A DNA stretch of 64,000 bases from Eledone cirrhosa (lineage: Eukaryota). Shown one piece after another: positions 24,787 to 37,912 of the stretch (positions within the stretch are counted from its first letter, which is position 1; each line of letters starts with the position of its first letter). The stretch spans positions 50,034,001-50,098,000 of the forward strand of contig OZ024742.1 in assembly GCA_964016885.1 (NCBI GenBank), written 5' to 3'. The notes beneath the pieces were generated by a model that was not told where the DNA came from, ran no database searches, and was given only the letters and a program-made list of their open reading frames with translations. The translations under genes were made by a program, and so were the position numbers.

Positions 24787-25700
24787 TATGTCGATGATAT
24801 TACGATATAAAAGAATCATGAAAGAAGCAACGATTAGAATAACGATAACAAACATTTTAGAATAATGCTTCCTTTACATCCTTGATTTGTTGTTGATAGG
24901 AATTTAAAAAAATAATCACAAGATGACAACAAAAATATTACAGATAATAATAACAATAATAAAAACAACATCACCAACAACAACAACTACAAGACAGCAA
25001 AATAAAGAAAATTTTAGGAACAGAATGATGTGAACAAAATCAAGAAGAAAACGAAGAGAAATAAACCTGCACAGTTTTAATTGGCACAGCAACAATCTAA
25101 ATGAGAGTTATATCCTGTTGAACTGAATTATTCTGTCAGATTCACTCTCAATAAGATTGAGCATGCACTGCCAATAAAGGATATGTCATGACCTAAGGAT
25201 AATGGAAGGATATGGCAAGAGATGTTTTTCTCAAACTCTACAGCTTAGAGACATATTAAAATGAATCAGGTGTGAAGAAGAAAACAATTTTCTAATTATT
25301 CGTTATCAAAATATTATGATGTTTCCAAATATTCTTTGTATTATGGATCACTGCATATTCCTGTAGATTACAAATAAAATATAATAACGGTTAAATCTAA
25401 TCGAATGAAGAAAAAAGCAACAGAAATCTTTCAAAAATAGAAACGAAGATTAAAAAATGAGAGAGAAGGAAAAGAGAAAAAAACGTGAAGAGGAAGTTGA
25501 TGTCAAAGATGATAAAAGTGATGGTCGTGTTGGTGGTGGTGATTGTGGTGGTGAGGATGATGGTGATGATGATGATCATCATAAATAAGGAGAAACAAAT
25601 AAATAAGAAGCAGTGAAAAGAGTAGAAAATATAGACTGGAAATTTAGGGAAAAAATAATGATTTCTAATTTAGGCAAATCAAATACCCTAATTCACTGGG

Positions 25701-25747
<47 letters not shown>

Positions 25748-25769
25748 GTGTGTCTGTGTGTGTGATCTA

Positions 25770-26960
25770 TGTCAAATTGAAAAGGTATTCTACATGTCTA
25801 AGATCAAAATGAATAAAACAAGAAGGTGAGCGGAGACGACAGAAAAACAGAGGAACACAGGGCTGTTCCATTTAATCTGTCGACCTCTGGATGACATTGT
25901 GGCGTCTGTGTTTTAAGGTCAATCTGATAATTCAAGTACATAGAGGACAGCAAAAAGAAGGACATAAGGCAGAGCGATTAGTCTTCGACTATTTTGCAAA
26001 TAAATAAAATTTGATACAAAACAATGTGCTGAAACATTAAAAAACAAAACGAGATAGAAACAACCATTACATATGAGCCAAGAAGCGAAAGTATCTCCTT
26101 TGGACATAAGTCCTAAGTAAACAGGCACAGCACAAAATTAGCAGAGAGAAACAGAGAGTAATTGAGGAAAGAGAAAGAGATGAGATGAAATAGAACGTTT
26201 AGGAGACTGGGAATATATCGACATTAATAAAAAAATGTTTGTTTGGACGTACGACAGTTACATCACTGAAGGAACTGAAAAAGAGCGTAAGTGAAAAAAA
26301 GAACGATAGAAGAGGAAAGAGAACGTAAAGTTTAAATGCTTATCAATTTGAAAAGGTGGCCGCTTGGCTAATATTATACAAAATGAATTTAATAAAAAGG
26401 TGGGCGAAAACAACATGAAAACGGACGAAACACAGAACAATCTCTTCATAAGAGTCGACCGCTGGAGGTCTTAGTGGAATCGATGCTTTTAAGGCGGATA
26501 CTACAAGCTCCAGTGCATATGGAACATCCAGATGCCGCACATTGGTTTGTAACACATTTTATTTATTTGTAAAAACTTCAAAGGGACATCGTCCTGACCT
26601 GCGACTCCGTTTGTCCCATATTTACTTGAGCTAGAAATATTGAATATGTAACACAGAAACCACGAGAAACACCAGCCGTTGACTCATGAAGAGGTACTGT
26701 CTTGTGTTTCGTTCATTTTTCCGTAGTCTCACCTTCATGTGGATTGTCTTTTCAAGTTGGTCTGTATAGAGATTTTACACTGCCGGCGTTCTTTGTTTTC
26801 TGTCCGCTTTGATTTTCGCATTTACTCTCTCCCTCACTCTGCTCCTACTGTGTTGCGTATGCCTATATAGAAATTAAAACCAACGAAGAATTTTTTCACA
26901 CTTCGCCTTCGACATTTTCTCTTCTTGGCTAATATGTTTCGGTTTTCTTTGTATCTGTTC
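25770..26960. repeat. Old degenerate direct and inverted repeat complex next to (TA)n, probably Penelope-derived
   Basis: 25770-25890 resembles 26343-26470 (direct) and 26670-26760 (inverted). 25990-26100 is partly inverted relative to 26540-26575 and 26910-26960. Confidence 0.45.
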
Positions 26961-27467
26961 TTTCCAGAGGATATACATTTAATGAAAAGAATGATGTACT
27001 CATGTACGGAAATGCTAAAAAATATCTTATAAAATAGAGTGAAAACGACTTAAAAACAGAAAAACAACTTGCTATCGGCCACTATAAGGAATCCCAAACC
27101 ATATCACCTAGATACCGGCTAGGTGCATTTAACCATTAAGCCAGGAAACAGTGACAACACTTACCATCTGAAACACACAGACGTATGGAAAATAAAGAAC
27201 CATTGTGCATATGTAGCCGATTTTTTGGACTTTTACAAAGCGCCCGAAAAGGAAGTTAATATAAAGAATGATGTGCTCATGCAAAGGGATGCTATGAAAT
27301 AGTTTATAAAATTGGATGATGGTAGCGTATTTGCCCGACAAATAGGAGGTGTTGTTTCGATACCCATGTGTGCTGATACCAGTTTTTTTCCATTGAGTTG
27401 GTTTATACACCCCATTATTAGATTATTTTATTTCGTCAACATGTTATGGTGAAGCCTTCCATTTCAC

Positions 27468-27498
<31 letters not shown>

Positions 27499-27861
27499 GG
27501 GGGGGGGGTTAAATAAAAAACAAGTCATATTTGCTCATATTCAATGATTCATTCTTTGAATACTGGAATATGTTACACGTGTTACAAGTCTTTATGTCAT
27601 ATATATATAGTAATAATAATAAATTTGAAGACTAAATTCCAAAATGGGCTCGATAAGGATAAATATATATCAAATATATAAGAACCGTAGAGCAAATATT
27701 TATTAAAATAACAGATTAAAGTTTAAGCAAAGAATCGCTGTTTTCGCCCTTAACGTGATCTTCTGAAACTAAAAAAAGTCAATCTGTGAACGCAGAAGTA
27801 AATATTTCAAAAAACGTTGCAACCGGAGGAAGACAGGAAGACCATACTTTGGTACGGGGAA

Positions 27862-28127
27862 ACGTTCCCTGGCAAAGAACGGGAAAAACTAAAATAATAC
27901 GTCATTATTTGGAGTGGTGAAAAACAATTACACGCAAAGACCACGTTTACGGTATAAAAGAAGTCGTAGACTAATATTCTATTAGGTGGTTCATGGAGAC
28001 GTTCTCTGGCAATGAACGGAAAAAACGAAGATAATACGTTATATGTGGAGCGGGGAAAACAATTGCACGCAAAGACAAAACCACGTAAATGGTATAACTG
28101 AAATCGTAGACTAAAATTCTAACTAGG
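27862..28127. repeat. About 137-bp tandem duplication inside the pLTR
   Basis: ACGTTC.CTGGCAA.GAACGG...GTAGACTAA.ATTCTA occurs at about 27862 and 27999. Confidence 0.75.
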
Positions 28128-28769
28128 AAACCGAATGATTCTCGGCTTCAGAGTTAAGAATAAAGTAAATAAAATACAGAGGTAATTGAAATAAAAAAAA
28201 TACATACACGCATACATATACGTACATACACGAGCATACATAAAAACTCTCGCCATATGTATACAAATACAAGCACGTACACAAAAAAAACCCGCACGCA
28301 CATACAGAACCCACGCAACGCCTGTACCCGCACAGATACGAATGTATATACCAAAGACACATACAAATATTTATTAAAAAAAAAAAATATATATATATAT
28401 ATGTGTGTGTGTGCGTGTATACATATAATTAAATAAACGTATATAAAAAATAAATACGTATATAACGCGCGCACACACATACCTACTTGTAAATACACAT
28501 TTGTTCGGAGACGTACGTCAAATAAACACAAAGTCCACATATACACATAACCTACATACGTACGAACCCGCATACTCACACATACGCAATACTCGCGTAT
28601 ACACATAACCAAATGCATATGTATCAGAATATATAATATATACGCCATAACATATACAATCAAATATACGTACGATAAAGTATACGTACCTTCACAAAAC
28701 ATAAGGTAATATATACTTACCTATACAAATAAGTAATGGTATAAACATAACATATACTTAGCAACCACA

Positions 28770-29920
28770 TCAAGACCTAAATATCCGCGAATAGTTCGCA
28801 ATATCCGTTAGGTTATAATGTGGGCTGTAATACAGGAAAGTTTTGTGCAATTTATGTTTACAAGCCGAAATTGCCTCAGATTTTTGGTTTAAGATGTGGT
28901 CTTTGGCGTAGAGTATTTCCAGGGCCTCAGCGGCGCAGAGGTCACATGGTCTTTTATTTCCGTTATACGACCTAGCCATAACTCCAGATATAAGCTGAAA
29001 GTGGCGTCATACTCCTTCTTAAAGGGTTAAGAAAAGAATGGGTATGCATGTAAAGACGCTGCTTGAATCTATTGGCGGTTAACCCAATGTAGGCCCTACG
29101 GGACGTGGGTGTTTCCACATTACATTTGTAGACAATGTTACTAGAGAGGCATTTCCCGGATACAGGTCAGTCAACCCGATTCCTACAATTACAGTTAGTA
29201 CTAGCTACAGGGTTGCACGTGTTCCTACGGCTAGGTAGTTTAGCTAAATTTGAAGCTGCGATGTTCTGTGCAAGGTTAGGAGTTGTAGAGTAAGAATGTT
29301 AATGGTATTTCTATTAAAAATGTTACTATATTTATGTTTTGGGGTAAAATGCTTCATAATAAAGGAGAGAAAGATATTAGCTAATGGTGTGGCCACATCC
29401 ATATTATAATGTGGGTTATACCATATAATGCGTCGGGATCTATTTTTCCAGGTCTATTCTCGTACTCTGTATATGCTACCTTATCGGCAAATCAACTCCG
29501 AGCAAGAGCTTCATTGTAATATGTGGAATGGTCGTGGAAAATATGCTCGTTAGTAGATAGACTGGAAAGCCTCAATGAAACGTTTCTTACCAGGTTCTTT
29601 GTTATGCTGGCAGGATAGTTAGAATGCTTACTTATGTAATTAAGCGTATCATTCGGCTTTCTATACGGGTGGTGCAAGACAATCGACAAATTGAGGGTGA
29701 CGTCGAGGTAATTAACGACCGAAAGTTGGCCTCAACCTGTATGGAGAGGTAGAAGCCTTTAAAGAATGCTGTGAGTTCTTTTCTGAACCTGTCGCAAGCA
29801 CGTGGGCCACACTTTGTCCTGGTCAAAAGACCATCATCACGGTACAAACTACCACCTACGTTGGGGAATTCTTCCTTGATAGAGAAAAGAAGGAAAAGGC
29901 CGATAAGATCAGTAACCTCT
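28770..29920 (-). pseudogene. Degenerate Penelope RT C-terminus and GIY-YIG endonuclease ORF
   Basis: ORFs 29632-29847, 29492-29689 and 28770-28979, plus manual translation of 29030-29200. Confidence 0.8.
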
Positions 29921-30020
29921 GCAGCGATTCTTTGCTTAAACTTTAATCTGTTATTTTAATATATATATATATATTTCAAAATAAAGATCCGAAGGGATGG
30001 TATAAATTTCCAATCATTTT

Positions 30021-30095
30021 AATCACGACACATGTTTCAATAAGAAATAGATCGATCGTGTAGCCATGATCGATTATCACTGATGTCGTCAGGTC
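30021..30095 (-). ncRNA. Putative minimal hammerhead ribozyme in the pLTR (left arm)
   Basis: CUGACGA, long stem II (AUCGAUC/GAUCGAU), GAAA-C-AUGU-G-UC with a palindromic ACAUGU stem III. Stem I is weak. Confidence 0.5.
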
Positions 30096-30776
30096 AAAAT
30101 AAATTGTCTTCAAATCCTTGATATGAGGGAGAAAACTAACGATGTTCACTCACAGTTCTTAGTCCTCATATGAGGATCAAGCAGTCAAAACACGGCGACT
30201 GCTATCGTCTTCAGTTAAAGTCAGAAAATTATCAAATCTCTATCTCCCAATAGCTGTAAAAGTTGCTGGACATCAATCAAATCTGTAGAATTACAGGCGG
30301 TAACAGTTAATGTGAGTGGGTATACACACACTCACACACACCGACGCGAGGTCAAAGCAAAAATATATACATTTACCAACATAGCATCAAATCTGTAGAA
30401 CTATAGACGGTCACAATTAGTGTGAGTGAGTACACACACACTCATACACACCAACGCGAGGTCAAAGAAAAATATATAAATATACCAACATAGTATTCAC
30501 CGAAAGTTAGTTTACAAAACAACAAATGTTATGTTGGTCAAATCTCAATTTGACGATATAAATTGGAAAAATTGCGTCAACCGCAACCCTATACACACGC
30601 AAGTAAGTTCAGTTCAATGTTCTGCTATACGTATTGTAACATCCGCATCTCCAAATAGTGTATGCTAAGGTATATACACATCCGTATCGTCCAAAAAAGT
30701 GTATGTTTAGGTATATACACATCCATGTGAAGAGCAAGTAGTCAGCTCATATCGAACTCAGTATGAGCCTGTTGTC

Positions 30777-31616
30777 CTATTGAGAATCTGAGTCCCCAAA
30801 TCTGTGCGTGCAAGCAACCGCTATGTAGGCCACCAAGGGGCTCTGTGTATGAGTCCTTTCATCCATAGAGCTGCCATTAGTTCTGCCATGTCTCATCCCC
30901 CCTTGGGATGTCCTAAGTCTACTATAATTCATCTGAGCTATATTCTGAGCTATGTTATTGGTTGTGGAGTAGGACAGCTTGATAGTATTCCTATTGAATA
31001 TTTTATAGTATCTGTGTGATCTAGGGAAGCATTTGTCTAAGGCCCTAAAGAAAAGCGTAGCTATACTAGTGGTCAGGCCAGTGGAGTAAGGGGTGTTATA
31101 CCACAGGATTTTTCTGGTGCGATGCCTCTTGTTCTTACTATCTATACTAGAGTTACCTGTCTCGTTAGTTGCTACTGGTTTATTATAACTGAAAACTTCC
31201 TGTGAGTCGATGGTGTCCTGGGATGTCCCGATTCTGTTCGGAATCGTCCCAAGTCTCCGGGGTGGTGTACCCCACGTGCAGATATTTGGATTACCCTCGA
31301 TATCCCGGGTTATATCCACTATGCGCCTGCTACATTTATCCCTATTCCCTCTACCCGACCCTCGTTCCATTTTACGTTCAACGGTTGTTTTATCAGTTCT
31401 ACAATTAAGGTTACAATTAGAGTTTCCGCTGGCTTTACGGTGCTCAGACCCCGTGTTTGTACCTGGGTCATCGTTTCCCTTGGTACCATCGACATTGGGA
31501 CTAGGAGGCAATACAACATGAAGTCTATATTGATCCTCCTTCGCATCCCGCCTGCAGTTAACTAAAGTGTCACTATTTTGTATGTTATGGTATATACACA
31601 TCCATGTGAAGAGCAA
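30777..31616 (-). CDS. 279-aa ORF containing only the Penelope/Naiad RT-EN linker block; no RT or GIY-YIG motifs
   Basis: RTRKILWYNTPYS...FFRALDKCFPRSHRYYKIFNRNTIKLSYSTTNNIAQNIA resembles the degraded linker at 29260-29440. Confidence 0.45.
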   Translation of the reverse strand: MLFTWMCIYHNIQNSDTLVNCRRDAKEDQYRLHVVLPPSPNVDGTKGNDDPGTNTGSEHRKASGNSNCNLNCRTDKTTVERKMERGSGRGNRDKCSRRIVDITRDIEGNPNICTWGTPPRRLGTIPNRIGTSQDTIDSQEVFSYNKPVATNETGNSSIDSKNKRHRTRKILWYNTPYSTGLTTSIATLFFRALDKCFPRSHRYYKIFNRNTIKLSYSTTNNIAQNIAQMNYSRLRTSQGGMRHGRTNGSSMDERTHTQSPLVAYIAVACTHRFGDSDSQ

Positions 31617-32364
31617 GTAGTCAGCTCATATCGAAGTCAGTTAGGAGATCGAAGCTTAAATTATGGTCAGGAAGTAGTGAGGTAATTAACTGGTTTGAGG
31701 AATCGCAGAATAAGAATAGCACTAAGGTTTTACAGTTCGATATCGAACTGTAAAACCTTAGTGCTATTCTTATTCTGCGATTCCTCAAACCAGTTAATTA
31801 CCTCACTACTTCCTGACCATAATTTAAGCTTCGATCTCCTAACTGAGTTCGATATGAGCTGACTACTTGCTCTTCACATGGATGTGTATATACCATAACA
31901 TACACTATTTGGAGATACGGATGTTCAATCTATACACGTATAGCAGAACATTGAACTGAACTTACTTGCGTGTGTATAGGGTTGCGGTTGACCCAATATT
32001 TCCAATTTACATCGTCAAATTGAGATTTGACCAATATAACATTTGTTGTTTTGTAAACTAACTTTCGGTGAATACTATGTTGGTATATTTATATTTTTTC
32101 TTTGACCTCGCGTCGGTGTGTGTGAGTATGTGTGTACCCACTCACATTAACTGTGACCGACTGTAATTCTACAGATTTGATTCATGACCAGCGTCTATTA
32201 CAGCTATTGGGGGATAGAGATTTGATAGTTTTATGACCCTAACTGAAGACGATAGCAGTCACCGTGTTTTGACTGCTTGATCTTCATATGAGGGACTAAA
32301 CTCTGTGAGTGAACATCGTTAATTTTCTCCCTCATATCAAGGATTTGAAAACAATTCATTTTTT

Positions 32365-32440
32365 GACCTGACGAGATCAGTGATAATCGATCATGGCTAC
32401 ACGATCGATCTATCTCTTATTGAAATATGTGTCGTGATTA
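32365..32440 (+). ncRNA. Putative minimal hammerhead ribozyme in the pLTR (right arm)
   Basis: CTGACGA at 32368, GAAA at 32422, GTC at 32431-32433. Confidence 0.45.
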
Positions 32441-32624
32441 AAATGATTGGAAATTTATACCATGCCTTCGGATCTTTATTTTGATACAAATACTCCGTTT
32501 TACATCATCTAGCTGTTCCCATAAATGGAATTGGAGATATACAAAAGCGTGGAGAACTTAATATTGGTAACAAAAATTTATTGGACCGTTTGACACAACC
32601 AATAATACACCTAACTATAACAAC

Positions 32625-32742
<118 letters not shown>

Positions 32743-34162
32743 ACGAAAAGCAAACGCCCCACATTGTAGCAAAAGTAAAAAGTAGAGAAAGTGGAATCTA
32801 AACATGTTTAGTGATCGATGTTGAGAACCCACCTGCTGAAATAGCAAACGATAAGATTTAATCAATAACATGTCAACTATTTAAAATAGAATTGCGCTAT
32901 TCTGTATCCTTTACCCATTTGCTAAATTAAGTTACAGAAAAATCATACAATTTTGAAAGGTGCACATTTCACGGTTTGAAAACTATATTCAGAAATTGAA
33001 TTAAATAGTAAAAACAAAATACTTTTGTTGAGTTCAGATGAAGCATTAACCATATTCGAATAAAAGAATGTTGACACATTATTTTACAACGTATGTACAA
33101 TATCGCTATCTGTATGTGCCAGGGTGTTTTGTATGTAACCTGGCTACATCTAGACGATGCTGGTCTCGTTAACTGATATCAACGATGGAAAGTAGTCATA
33201 AACCAGAATTGGCTTTAATATGCACTTATGACATATTCAATAGACGGACACGTTTTTATAGTAGAACCAGTTTTAATATGTCTTTAAAACGACGTGATAT
33301 AAATATCTATCTATTCTTAATCTTAAAATTGACGAAGATATCAAATTATGTCATAAAATATAGTCTCCCTTTTCTGAAATTAATGATTCACTGAAAGCAA
33401 AGAATTTCATGACTAAAACCTATTGCTTCCATTTACCAATTATTATGTCTAACATACCCAAAATATTACAGAAGAGCTACGTAGAGTGTCTATTACATAA
33501 ATTGTTAATACATTCCAAATAATTTATAGCATGAATCAATACTGATTTTTACATCTGCGTATGAAACCTCATGCAAATAGTGTTAAGTATTCTACTGGGG
33601 ACCTTAACATTACTGCATCAAAGATAGACACAAGGAAATTGTAGTTAAAATCGTAAATAATTTATGTATTCTTACAATTCAAAGCACGAATTTCAGTAGG
33701 GAATTGGTGTGTTGAAGTCACACCAATATGTTACTAATGCGTATATCACTATATAATGAGGGACCGCGTCAAATACGGTTGGTGATTGATCTGAGAGTGT
33801 AGTGGTGTATTAAAGGATCTATTGAAAATGTATCTTGGGCTGTTACAGTTTTGGCAATTTCGACTGTCTTTTGTAAAAGCCACCAGTGATATGTGGTTGA
33901 TGACAAAACTATAATTTTTGTTAAAAATATATAGTAACTTTAGTGCGATTTCGCATTACACAAGAAAGAGCTCTCGACGTGTAAATATTGAGGCACGTTA
34001 TATATGTTAATACACAGTCTTAGTAAGCAACTGAAGATTACATAGTATAAAACACAAGTTCAAGAATGGATAATGGTGAATAGGTTCTTTTAACAGGAAT
34101 GTTTATGAAACTTTATGAAACGGGGAAAAATGAGGTGAAAAAGGAGCATTGTATATATATGC

Positions 34163-34280
<118 letters not shown>

Positions 34281-34284
34281 TATG

Positions 34285-35400
34285 TGAGTCCCAGATTTCC
34301 GTGTCTCATTGACCCTCATCCAGGGCTATTCCTCTCAAGGAATTTCTCCATTCACAAGTATGTGTTATCGCTCCCCGGTGCACCCACGCAGATTACCTTG
34401 GTGACTTCAACGCAACCATCCGACGCTGAGCAGATCTCATCTACATTGTCAGTTTCGACAGCGCCGGTTGGCAACAAGTGAGGCTCCCAACTAGATTCGG
34501 GGTCCTCAACCTTCGATCGACTTCGGTTATGGCACTGTCGTCTTACCTCTCGTCAATCTCCTCCAGTCACACCCTCTTCAGCGAGGTCCTCTGCGCAAGA
34601 GAACCGAACTTGAAGTGGCCCCAGAAATTGTATGGGATCTGGTTAACAACAGGTGAAGGCATCACTGTCCCCCACAATACAAATTTCTAACGCAATTGGT
34701 ACGACATCAAGTGCAGGTTTTCCATCAGGTGGATTGAGTCTGGCATGGACCAACATCGCCTCGCCTGCCTCCAATACGCTTTGCAGCCTAAAACGGTGCG
34801 TCGCCTCATTCATTTCCTTCTTCATCAACCAGTACCTTTCATGATGACGAGTGCACACGTTCTCCGCCTGCAACTTAGTCACTTCGGCCACAAAGTGCGG
34901 TACTGTGGCTCGGAATGCAGAGGCAAGGAGAGCAAACAAATACCAGGGTTTGTCCGGCCGCTTCCTTATAGCACCAGTCACCGTCGAAATCTCAGGCGTC
35001 CTGGAACCCTGTACTGCCGAGCTGCTCCGTAAATTCCGAATGTCAGTCGCCCGTCTGAGGAAGGAGCCTCGCGTGGTTGGGGAGTAGCAGATGTAGCGTG
35101 TTTTGCTGGCGCCGCTGAATCACCGACTCACCCTAGAGATAGAGCCTGTTATCTTCTCCCCTTCCCCTTCCTTTCTACCGTGGCCTAATAGTCCTCCCCT
35201 TTCCACCCTTTCCTCTCATTTATGGCAATTAGAGTTCTCTTCTCTAATTTGTCATAAAGCCAGTTATGTCCTTCCCTTATTTTCAGTATTTTATTTTGTT
35301 TATTTTTTTCTTCATATTTCCATCATTGTATAAGTATTTTTTTTTGTTGTAACATATAGATGTCATAATATGTGTATGTATAATTGACTAAATAAAAAAT
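34285..35400 (+). mobile_element. Degenerate 5'-truncated CRE-like RLE non-LTR retrotransposon
   Basis: LPTRFGVLNLRS...ALSSYLSS and ARNAEARRANKYQGL...IAPVTVEISGVL resemble CRE-clade post-RT (LP.R.GGLG.R) and RLE (AE..K..KY..L...F.P.AVET.G) motifs. It starts right after (TG)n. Confidence 0.65.
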
Positions 35401-35671
35401 AACTTTCTATGAAGAAATATATGTATATACCATTTTGACAAAAGACGCAAACCTAGGTAAAACAGCGTTTTCATAACAATAAGTAAACACGTTCAGTCTG
35501 AATCTAACGTATGACTTTACATAAAAATAAACTATGAAGATGTTCAACCATTAACTTTTCTTTAGGTATTTACAAATGAAGGTTTTCTACGTTATATATT
35601 TGTATGAAAAGTTTAATGCTTCGTATTTGTTATCTTATTGAGATTTTTAAAATTGTTTGCAAGTATCTTTG

Positions 35672-36996
<1,325 letters not shown>

Positions 36997-37503
36997 TAAG
37001 TTTGCAGTAAATATATATTTATACTGAATGGCCTACTTAAGAAAATATCCTGCAGTAAAATCATTTCAGTATGTTCTCCACCAAACTGAGGTTAAAATAT
37101 CACTGAGTGTAAATTCAACCAATGAAGTGACTAAAAACATAACACATGGCACAGACAATCCATAAAAGGAATGAAGTGCAAAAAGAAGAATTACTTATGT
37201 AGGTGTCACAAATTTCTTGAGTGTTTCTGTCGTATGTTTGTTTCGCTATTTAGAAGAACAAATGTATACTTATAAATTTACTTTAGAATTCCTTACCTAC
37301 AGTACAGCCCGAGGAAATACTTTGACAGCTTGAAGCCAAAATAGATATATTCGTACATTAATCTGTAGTCTGTCTTGCTTTCCAAAAGAAAAAAAAAAAA
37401 AAAATATTTGTATAAATATTTCCATCATAGTAAACTCAGAACATACACACTGATGCACGCTGACACATCCACCCAAACACACAAACGCATATATAAACAG
37501 ATG

Positions 37504-37662
<159 letters not shown>

Positions 37663-37760
37663 ATGTATACACATGTGCTTGTTTAGGTGTGTATACTATT
37701 TACTCTATATCGCTCTATCGATATATCTATGTATCTCTCTCTCTTGATATATATATATAT

Positions 37761-37873
37761 ACTTATATATATAACCAGCAATTTCTCTGTCTGTCTGTCC
37801 GACAGTGGAAACACGTGCGTAGAGAGAGAGTGAGAGTGAAAGAAAGAGACAGACTACGAGAGGTGGATAGCGG

Positions 37874-37912
<39 letters not shown>

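Larger units (their letters stand above)
27704..29960 (-). mobile_element. 5'-truncated Penelope-like element (Naiad-type RT plus GIY-YIG) with a short inverted terminal pLTR
   Basis: RT GLYRDDGL, YRKPN...YISKHSNYP; linker IIWYNP; CNCR....(TGA)P.SGKCL; GIY-YIG IVYKC...YIG; C-terminal CDLC..E..I...ILNQKSE.IS.CKH. Bases 29920-29958 are the reverse complement of 27704-27740. Confidence 0.85.
29977..32484. mobile_element. 2.5-kb foldback structure: non-autonomous Penelope-like element (minus) plus an inverted pLTR (plus), zero-spacer centre at 31741/31742
   Basis: 29977-30760 and 31580-31741 are reverse-complementary to 31742-32484. The internal ORF contains the Naiad-type linker WYNTPY...LDKCFP..HRYYKIFNRNTIKLSYS. 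(TA)n lies at the left flank. Confidence 0.85.

Noticed and set aside
27704-29960. DNA transposon with terminal inverted repeats
   Set aside because: The interior encodes RT and GIY-YIG. The inverted end is better explained as a Penelope inverted pLTR.
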